From positions 119 to 64,118 of the forward strand of contig JAEUHG010000064.1 in assembly GCA_016795425.1 (NCBI GenBank): a stretch of 64,000 nucleotides of DNA. Reading direction: 5' to 3'. A program made the position numbers and the translations under genes. Shown here in pieces: positions 16,599 through 23,986 of the stretch. The first letter of the stretch is position 1, and every line of letters begins with the position of its first letter. The notes beneath the pieces are model-generated. The model saw only the letters and a list, made by a program, of their open reading frames with translations. It had not been told where the DNA came from and searched no databases. The stretch is from Verrucomicrobiales bacterium (GTDB lineage Bacteria > Verrucomicrobiota > Verrucomicrobiia > Limisphaerales > CAIMTB01).

Positions 16599-19500
16599 AC
16601 CCTATGCTGACTCCTCGCATGAATCGCGGGATACCGAACCCCTCGTCGCCGCGCGACGGGAACCACCTCACCGAGTCCATTTCCACCTCGGGTGGACCCG
16701 GTCGCGCTGCGACAGGGCAATCCCGTCCCGGTTCATCGTCCGTGGGCGGGCCTGAAGGGAACACTGCGCTCTCTCTCCTTCAGCTTCCCTTTCTCTTTCT
16801 ACTTCTCCTCGCACACTCCACGCGCGCCGCCGAAACGGGGCTCCTCTCGCACTGGGGTTTCATTTCCCACCGCCAACAAGGCTCGGTCATTAAGGCGTGG
16901 CAGGGCGGACCTGACATCATCCCTTCGGGATCCTACCGCTGGGCCGATGACCCGCCGCCTGCCCGTATCGAACTCGCCGGCGACACGGAACGCCTGCTGG
17001 TCGCTGAATCCCCCGACAAGGCGCAACTCCCCAAACAGGAGCTCACCCTCGAGGCCTGGGTCCGCGTCGATCGAGTGCAACCCCGCGCCGGCATCTTCTC
17101 CGCCGCTCAGGATCCCGCCGATGCCGCCGCCGGCCGCGGCTTGTTTCTCGGATCCCAGGAAGACCGCTTCGTTTTCGCGCTCGCCACCCGCGGTACGCCC
17201 CGGCTGATCCGCGTCACGGCCACGAAGCCCTACCAGGCTGGCCACTGGCATCACGTCGCCGCCACCTATGACGGTCGCGTCCAACGCCTCTTCCTCGATG
17301 GCGCCGCCGTCGGTGAATCGACGACCGCCTCCGGCCCCCTGCTCTTCGCCACCAATTCCCCGGTGGTCATCGGCGCGTTCCAGGACGCCGACGAGTTTTA
17401 TCGCCTCGCGGGCGCCCTCCACGAAATCCGCCTCTTCCAGCGGGCTTTGCCGGAGTTGGAGATTCTCGACCGCTACCGCCAGCGGCAAAACGAATTCCCG
17501 GCGCCAGGCCCCGAACCCGTTCGGTTCCGGCCCATTTACGGTCCATTCGTCGATTGGCGCACGCGCACCGAAGTTATTGTCACCTGGGAGACTGCTGAGT
17601 CGATGCCCTCGGTAATCGAGTGGACGGCTCCCGACGGTTCGCACCGCCGGCTTTCGGATGCCGAGCCCAAGCAACAACACGTGGTGGCGGTTCCCAACCT
17701 CGTGCCCAACACCGAATACACCTTTCGCCTCATCGGTCCGACGCAAGGGGACCGGTCCATGCTGAGTCGCCGGTACGAATTTGATTCCTCCTTCTATTAC
17801 GCTCCGGCCTCCCTTCCGACCCAGGCCGAGGCGGTCTCCACAGAAGACGCCCAGGCGCAAGGGGTCGCCCGTGACCTGCTCGATAAGGCCGGAGTGAAGC
17901 AAGGCTGGGCCCTGATTCTCGGCGCTCACGATGGGCGTCTCGCTCTCGAGTTTGCCCGCCAGTCCAGTCTCAAGATCGTCGTCGCCGAGTCCGACGCCGC
18001 CACGGTCCAGAAGGTCCGGCGCCTGCTCGACCGCGCCGGTGTCTACGGCACCCGCGTCAGCGTCCATCACGTCACCAACGATGTGCTGCCCTACGGAACC
18101 TTCATGGCCAATCTGGTCACCTCCGAATCCACCCTCGCCACCGGCAAACCGCCGCGGTGGTCCGCCGCCGAGACCTACCGCGTCACGCGTCCCGAAGGGG
18201 GAGTCGTGCTGCTCGGCACCGCGGGCCATACCGCTGCCTCCGCCTCTCCGTCGATCCCCCCAATGTGGGCCTCGTGGTCGTCCGAAAGTCCGCTCGCGTC
18301 CACCCCTCCTGATCGACACAACGGCCTCTGGATCCGTCACGTACGTGAACGCCTGGAGGGCGCCGGCGAGTGGAGCCATCAATACGGAAACGCCGACAAC
18401 ACCTCGACCAGCATGGACGAACTGGTGAAGGGCGATCTCCAGGTCTCCTGGTGGGGCGACCCCGGTCCACGCCCGATGCCCGACCGCGGCCCACGCAATC
18501 CGGCGCCTCTCAGCGTCCGTGGCCGTCTCTTCATCCAGGGCGATCGTATCTTCTTCGGACTCGATGCCTACAACGGCAGCGTCCTATGGACGGTGGCCGC
18601 CCCCGAGGTGCGCCGATCCAACCTGCCGCGCGATTGCAGCAACATGGTCGCCGCCGACGACAGCCTCTATGTGGCCCACGGGCAGTACTGCCTGGACTTC
18701 GATGGTCAAACGGGCGCCCGCAAACGCCGCCTCGCCGTTCCATCCGAACCCTCCGGGCCCGCCTTCGACTGGGGTTATCTCGCCGCCGTCGAGCATCTGC
18801 TCGTCGGCAGCCGGGTCAAACCGGACTCCCGCTACCTCGGCGACGACGGCGAATGGTTCGAAGACGATCACGTCGAACAGATCAGCCGCGTCACCAGCGA
18901 ATCGTTGTTTGGACTCAACCGGGCGGACGGCACCCATCGCTGGACCTATCGGGGAGGCGTCATCCTCAATTCCACCATCACCATCGGTGACGGCATGATC
19001 TTCTTTGTTGAAAGTCGCAGTCCCAAGGCCCTGGCCTCGCCGACCGGCCGCCTCAACCCCGAACTGCTCACCGACCAACACCTCGTCGCCCTCGATCTCC
19101 GCACCGGACAACGCCTCTGGGAAAAGAGCCAGGATCTCGCCCAACTCCGATTCATGACCTACCTGGTCTACAGCCGGAACACGGTGGTCATCACCGGCAC
19201 TGACAAGGATAAGAACTTCCACACCCTCGCCTTCAATGCCCCTGCTCCAGCGTCAAAACCAGGGGACGTCGAACCGCTTGCCACTGGCGGCCAACTCCTG
19301 TGGTCCGAAAGCCACAAGGAAGACAAGGGCCACCATAGCGGTCACCTCCAACACCCGGTGGTCGTGGATGGCGTCTTTTACTCCGACCAGCGTTCCTTCG
19401 ATCTGGCCACCGGGAAAACCTTGCGCACCGACCTGCCCGAGCGACGTGGTTGTGGCACCATGTCCGCCGCGCGCCACGCTCTCTTCTTCCGTCACCACTT

Positions 19501-19687
19501 CCATGGCATGTGGGATCTCGCCTCCGACAAGCGCTCTCAATTCGAAGGCATCCGCGGCGGTTGCTGGCTCGGCCTCGTCCCCGCCGGGGGTATGCTCCTG
19601 GCCCCCGAAAGCAGCGCCGGTTGCTCCTGTACCCACGCCATCCAGACTTCCGTCGGCTATGTGCCTCAGGCCGTCGCCCGACGCTGA
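16595..19687 (+). CDS. Large exported multidomain protein: LamG-like + FN3-like + methyltransferase-like + PQQ-like beta-propeller
   Basis: The hydrophobic segment LSLLQLPFLFLLLLAHSTRAAE comes first. The LamG-like part is LTLEAWVRVD...HWHHVAATYDGRVQRLFLDGAAVG...LHEIRLFQRAL. The FN3/PAP-N-like part is VIVTWETAESMPSVIEWTA...NTEYTFRL. The Rossmann-like part is GWALILGAHDGRLALEFARQSSLKIVVAESDAATVQKVRRLLDRAGV. Propeller blades include FGLDAYNGSVLW, GLNRADGTHRW and ALDLRTGQRLW. I moved the start to ATG 16595, which overlaps the upstream stop as ATGA. Confidence 0.75.
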   Translation: MNPMLTPRMNRGIPNPSSPRDGNHLTESISTSGGPGRAATGQSRPGSSSVGGPEGNTALSLLQLPFLFLLLLAHSTRAAETGLLSHWGFISHRQQGSVIKAWQGGPDIIPSGSYRWADDPPPARIELAGDTERLLVAESPDKAQLPKQELTLEAWVRVDRVQPRAGIFSAAQDPADAAAGRGLFLGSQEDRFVFALATRGTPRLIRVTATKPYQAGHWHHVAATYDGRVQRLFLDGAAVGESTTASGPLLFATNSPVVIGAFQDADEFYRLAGALHEIRLFQRALPELEILDRYRQRQNEFPAPGPEPVRFRPIYGPFVDWRTRTEVIVTWETAESMPSVIEWTAPDGSHRRLSDAEPKQQHVVAVPNLVPNTEYTFRLIGPTQGDRSMLSRRYEFDSSFYYAPASLPTQAEAVSTEDAQAQGVARDLLDKAGVKQGWALILGAHDGRLALEFARQSSLKIVVAESDAATVQKVRRLLDRAGVYGTRVSVHHVTNDVLPYGTFMANLVTSESTLATGKPPRWSAAETYRVTRPEGGVVLLGTAGHTAASASPSIPPMWASWSSESPLASTPPDRHNGLWIRHVRERLEGAGEWSHQYGNADNTSTSMDELVKGDLQVSWWGDPGPRPMPDRGPRNPAPLSVRGRLFIQGDRIFFGLDAYNGSVLWTVAAPEVRRSNLPRDCSNMVAADDSLYVAHGQYCLDFDGQTGARKRRLAVPSEPSGPAFDWGYLAAVEHLLVGSRVKPDSRYLGDDGEWFEDDHVEQISRVTSESLFGLNRADGTHRWTYRGGVILNSTITIGDGMIFFVESRSPKALASPTGRLNPELLTDQHLVALDLRTGQRLWEKSQDLAQLRFMTYLVYSRNTVVITGTDKDKNFHTLAFNAPAPASKPGDVEPLATGGQLLWSESHKEDKGHHSGHLQHPVVVDGVFYSDQRSFDLATGKTLRTDLPERRGCGTMSAARHALFFRHHFHGMWDLASDKRSQFEGIRGGCWLGLVPAGGMLLAPESSAGCSCTHAIQTSVGYVPQAVARR

Positions 19688-19732
19688 CCCAGCCGATTCG
19701 ATTCACGATTCCTTCATCTGCCATCCCAATCC

Positions 19733-21145
19733 ATGAACCTTCCCTCTTACGTCGCCGGTCAACCCATCGCCTCCGCACGCACCCTCGAGGTCCGCTGCCC
19801 CTACGACGGCCGCCTCGCCGGCACGGTCCGGGTCGCCTCCCGCGCCGATGTCGCCGCTGCCATCGAAGCCGCACTGAAACCCGGCGATCCTCTGACTCGC
19901 CACCAGCGCTCGGACATTCTCGACAAGGCTCGTCGATTGCTCGAGGAACGCCGGGAGGAATTCGCCCATCTCATCACCAGCGAATCCGGTCTTTGCCTGC
20001 GAGAGACCCGCTACGAAGTCGGACGCGCCAGTGATGTGCTCCGCTTTGCCGCCATGGAAGCCTTGCGTGATGATGGCCAGATCTTTTCCTGCGACGTCAC
20101 CCCCCATGGCAAAGCCCGCAAGATCTTCACACTCCGCGACCCGCTCTCGCTGGTCGTCGCCATCACGCCGTTCAACCATCCCCTCAACCAGGTCGCGCAC
20201 AAGATCGCTCCCGCCGTCGCCGCCGGCGCCCCGGTCATCCTCAAACCCGCCACCAAGGTGCCGCTCAGCGCCGTCCGTTTCTGCGAATTGCTCTACGAGG
20301 CCGGCCTCCCCGGACGACTCCTCAGCGTGCTCGTCGGACCGGCCGCCGAAATTGCCGATCCGTTGGTCACCGATCCGCGCGTCGACCTCATCACCTTCAC
20401 GGGCGGCGAAGAGGTGGGAAAACGCATCGCCGCCACCGCCGGCTACAAACGCCTCGTGCTCGAACTCGGTGGCAACGATCCCTTGATCATTCTCAACGAC
20501 GCGGACCTCGATCTCGCCGTCACTCTCGCCGCGGAAGGTTCGTTCCGAAATTCCGGACAGCGCTGCACCGCGGTGAAGAGGATCCTGGTCGAACAAGGCA
20601 TCCTCGAGACTTTCACCGCCAAATTCGTCGAGAAGGCCCGCGAATATAAGTGTGGTGATCCGTTCGACGACGCCACGAAGGTCGGCACCGTCATCGACGA
20701 AGCGGCCGCCATCGAACTGGAGGACCGCGTCAAAAAAGCCGTCGCCGCCGGCGCCCGCGTTCTCCTGGGCGGCCACCGAAGGGGCGCCCTGCTCGAACCC
20801 ACCATCATCGCCAATGTGCCCCGCGACGCCGAGATGGTCGTCTGCGAATCATTCGGTCCACTCGCCCCTATCCTGGCCGTCCGGGACCTCGACGACGCCA
20901 TCGCGCTCGCCAATTCCACCAACTACGGGTTGTCCTCCGGCGTCGTCACCACCGATCTCAATCGCGCACTGGCTTGCGTTCGCCGACTCAAGACCGGCAC
21001 GGTGAACATCAATGAGGTTCCCGGTTACCGAATCGAATGCAGTCCGTTCGGTGGCATCAAGGACAGCGGACTCGGCATCAAGGAAGGCGTCATCGAAGCC
21101 ATCAAAAGCATGACCACCGTGAAAACGTTCAGTTTGCCCTGGTGA
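19733..21145 (+). CDS. Aldehyde dehydrogenase, putative phosphonoacetaldehyde dehydrogenase (PhnY-like)
   Basis: ALDH superfamily blocks are present: [56 protein letters not shown] and [11 protein letters not shown]. The unusual N-H (FNHP) and R-C (GQRCTA) dyads fit what I recall of the PhnY phosphonate pocket. phnW and phnA are on the same strand upstream. Confidence 0.6.
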   Translation: MNLPSYVAGQPIASARTLEVRCPYDGRLAGTVRVASRADVAAAIEAALKPGDPLTRHQRSDILDKARRLLEERREEFAHLITSESGLCLRETRYEVGRASDVLRFAAMEALRDDGQIFSCDVTPHGKARKIFTLRDPLSLVVAITPFNHPLNQVAHKIAPAVAAGAPVILKPATKVPLSAVRFCELLYEAGLPGRLLSVLVGPAAEIADPLVTDPRVDLITFTGGEEVGKRIAATAGYKRLVLELGGNDPLIILNDADLDLAVTLAAEGSFRNSGQRCTAVKRILVEQGILETFTAKFVEKAREYKCGDPFDDATKVGTVIDEAAAIELEDRVKKAVAAGARVLLGGHRRGALLEPTIIANVPRDAEMVVCESFGPLAPILAVRDLDDAIALANSTNYGLSSGVVTTDLNRALACVRRLKTGTVNINEVPGYRIECSPFGGIKDSGLGIKEGVIEAIKSMTTVKTFSLPW

Positions 21146-21945
21146 TGGAACGAGCCGTGACGACGCGGACGCGCCGGCAGGGTTTCACCCTGATCGAACT
21201 CCTCGTCGTCATCGCCATCATTGCCGTCCTCGCCAGCCTTCTGCTTCCCGCGTTGGCTGGCGCCAAGGGTAAAGCGCATCGCATCGCCTGCCTGGGCAAC
21301 TACCGCCAGCTCCAACTGTGCTGGCAGATGTACGTCGATGACCACCTCGACTGGCTTCCCCCCAATGCCACCACCTCCGGCGGCGGCCGCGAGGGTTGGG
21401 TGGCCACCGGCCAGACCTGGATCGCCGGCAATGCCTTCACCGACACCAACACCACCAACATCCAGCGCGGCGTCCTCTTTCCCTATAATCGGTCCACCGG
21501 GATCTACAAATGCCCCGCCGACCGCTCGACGGTCCGCGACCAGGGCAAACTGCCCCGCGTGCGAAGCGTCTCGATGAGCGCCTACCTCAACGACCATCCC
21601 GATCCCGGCGACAAGACCTGCTGGCATAAACTCTCCGAGATCAAGGATCCGCCACCATCGAAGGTCTTTGCATTCATCGATGAACACGAACATTCCATCG
21701 AGAACGCGCGCTTCGTGGCCACCCAACCCGGCGTCCCATCCTGGGTGGATTTTCCCGCTGTCCGTCACCAGGGCTCGGCCACTTTGAGTTTTGTCGACGG
21801 TCACGCCGAAGTCTGGCGCTGGCTTGAGCCCAACACGCTGCGCATCGGTGCGGGCAAACCCTGGATTCAAGGCCCTCGCGGGGTCCCAAGGGATCGCGAC
21901 CTCACCCGCATTCAAGCCGCCATCCCGCGCCTGCCCTTGCCCTGA
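21145..21945 (+). CDS. Prepilin-type N-terminal cleavage/methylation domain protein with canonical H-X9-DG motif (DUF1559 family)
   Basis: [45 protein letters not shown] is at the N-terminus. The C-terminal [22 protein letters not shown] contains H-X9-DG. ATG 21145 shares one base with the ALDH stop (TGATG). Confidence 0.85.
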   Translation: MERAVTTRTRRQGFTLIELLVVIAIIAVLASLLLPALAGAKGKAHRIACLGNYRQLQLCWQMYVDDHLDWLPPNATTSGGGREGWVATGQTWIAGNAFTDTNTTNIQRGVLFPYNRSTGIYKCPADRSTVRDQGKLPRVRSVSMSAYLNDHPDPGDKTCWHKLSEIKDPPPSKVFAFIDEHEHSIENARFVATQPGVPSWVDFPAVRHQGSATLSFVDGHAEVWRWLEPNTLRIGAGKPWIQGPRGVPRDRDLTRIQAAIPRLPLP

Positions 21946-22117
21946 CCGCCACGCTTTGTTACCCCCAAGCCGTCCGCAACGGGATAGGGAGCTGGGCCTG
22001 GCACAGCCATGGACTCGCCGGAAAAATGAAGATCCAGTGCTACACCGCGAGGACAACTCACGGTCCGTCGTCGCTCGACGAGGACCGCCTCACGGGACTC
22101 ATTTCCAATCCTGAAGG

Positions 22118-23986
22118 ATGACCCTCTCACGTCGCAGACCTTCCGAGTCGAGACCTCTCCGGCCCACGCGATGGCTGTCGGTCGGAGGGTCAGCAATGGT
22201 GGCATTCAGCCTCGTGGCGCAAGAACCGCCACCCACTTCCACCCCCGTCTCCAGACCCAATCCGGCCTATTCCATCCGCCACACTGATGGCGGATGGTCT
22301 TTTGTCTCCCCGGGTGGCGATCCATTTTTCTCGGTCGGCGTCTGCGTGGTCACTCAGGGTGCTTCACCGTCGGCGTTCGATCCGGAGAATCCTGGTTATG
22401 CGGCGTGGCAACATCACCCCACGACGAACGCCTGGGCCGACGCGACGCTTGCACGATTGAAGTCCTGGAAATTCACCACTGTGGGAGGATGGAGCGACTT
22501 CGCCACGCTGCGAAACTCAACCCAGCAGACCCTGGCACTGACGCCTGTGCTTCACCTGGGCTCAACGGTCGGTGCCCCTTGGTGGGACATGTGGGACCCT
22601 GCCATTGTGGCGCGCATGGACGATGTGGCGCGCGCACAGATTCTGCCATTGCGCGATGATCCGCGACTGCTGGGGTACTACACGGACAACGAACTGGGCT
22701 GGTGGAATGCAACCTTGTGGAAGATGACGCTCGAACAGGCACCGACCAGCGGCCAACGCCGGCGGTTGCTGCGCCTGCTGCGAGACACGTACCAAGAGAA
22801 CTGGTCGCGCCTGCTCGCGGACTTTGAACCCGAGAAAGCGGACAGCTGGGTCACACTGGAGCAAGGCGGAATGCTCTACCTCAAATCGGGCGGCGGTGGA
22901 CTGAAGGTGATGCGTCGGTTCCTGGGCGTGCTGGCGGAACGCTACTATCAACTCGTCCACGACGTGGTCCGAAAATATGACTCGCGCGCCTTGATCCTGG
23001 GAGATCGGTACCAGTCGTTCTACTACCCGGAGGTGGCGCAGGCCGCGGCGCCATGGGTCGACGCGATCTCGAGCAACCTCAACGCGAGTTGGAACGACGG
23101 CACCTACGTGCGCTGGCACCTCGACACCCTGCACCAACTCACCGGGAAACCCATCGTCGTCAGCGAATTCTACCTGGCCGCCCGCGACAATCGCAGCGGC
23201 AATCGAAACAACCAGGGCGTCTTCCCCGTCGTCGCCACCCAGTCCGAGCGCGCCACCGCACTTCGACGCACCTTGGATTCGCTGGCGCGGACCCGCTATG
23301 TCCTGGGCGCCGATTGGTTCCAGTTCTTCGACGAACCCAGACATGGCCGCGATGATGGTGAGAATTTCAATTTCGGCTTGGTGGATATCGTCGACCGCCC
23401 CTACGAGGAAGTCACCGGCGCGTTCGCGTCGTTCGACACAAACGGCCTTCGCGCCCATCCCGCGACACCGCGCCTGGACGCATCGCGCGGCGTTCCGCCG
23501 GCGCCGCCGGATCCCTTCGCGGATTTCCTGCCGACCCGGGCACTAAAGAATTGGGACCGCGAACGTGGTTTCGTGAAGCCGTCCTCGCTCCTTCCCATCG
23601 CCGATTTGTATGTGTGTTGGACTCCGTCCGCTGTCTACCTCGGCCTCTATGCGCAAGACGTCACCGAGGATGCCTTTTATCGCGACCGTTCAGTGCCGAA
23701 GAGCGATCGCGCGCAGTGGCTGATTCAAGTCGGAGAGAGCCAGCCCGTGCGATTGCGCCTCGGCGCCGGACGCGATCCCATTCCCAGCGATCCGTCGGTC
23801 CGCCTGGAACACATCTCCGGCGTGAATCTCACCGTGCGGAGCATCACGGCGCTCGCAATGCCCGCCGAGCGATTCGGAAAGATGTCGTTCAAGCCTGGAG
23901 ACACGATCCGACTTCGATCCCAGTTCCTGAGCCATGGACAATCCTACCGGGTGGACTGGGACGGAGAGTTCACGCTTCGGGAATGA
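22118..23986 (+). CDS. Putative exported clan GH-A (TIM-barrel) glycoside hydrolase
   Basis: LLGYYTDNELGWWN is a candidate acid/base NE motif and KPIVVSEFYLAA is a candidate nucleophile Glu, in the order typical for clan GH-A. The start is uncertain (an alternative Met is MVAFSLVAQE). Confidence 0.6.
   Translation: MTLSRRRPSESRPLRPTRWLSVGGSAMVAFSLVAQEPPPTSTPVSRPNPAYSIRHTDGGWSFVSPGGDPFFSVGVCVVTQGASPSAFDPENPGYAAWQHHPTTNAWADATLARLKSWKFTTVGGWSDFATLRNSTQQTLALTPVLHLGSTVGAPWWDMWDPAIVARMDDVARAQILPLRDDPRLLGYYTDNELGWWNATLWKMTLEQAPTSGQRRRLLRLLRDTYQENWSRLLADFEPEKADSWVTLEQGGMLYLKSGGGGLKVMRRFLGVLAERYYQLVHDVVRKYDSRALILGDRYQSFYYPEVAQAAAPWVDAISSNLNASWNDGTYVRWHLDTLHQLTGKPIVVSEFYLAARDNRSGNRNNQGVFPVVATQSERATALRRTLDSLARTRYVLGADWFQFFDEPRHGRDDGENFNFGLVDIVDRPYEEVTGAFASFDTNGLRAHPATPRLDASRGVPPAPPDPFADFLPTRALKNWDRERGFVKPSSLLPIADLYVCWTPSAVYLGLYAQDVTEDAFYRDRSVPKSDRAQWLIQVGESQPVRLRLGAGRDPIPSDPSVRLEHISGVNLTVRSITALAMPAERFGKMSFKPGDTIRLRSQFLSHGQSYRVDWDGEFTLRE

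Noticed and set aside
14757-18382. Long minus-strand ORFs 14757..16595 (612 aa) and 16799..18382 (527 aa)
   Set aside because: They lie antisense to the ABC ATPase and propeller genes, which have clear motifs and ATGA coupling. Their composition is Gly/Arg/Glu-rich.
22061-22087. Stem-loop cggtccgtcgtcg/cgacgaggaccg after the pseudopilin gene as the terminator of the long + strand array
   Set aside because: The stem is short, has a bulge and a 2-nt loop, and no U-tract follows. That is too weak to call a terminator without transcript 3'-end data.
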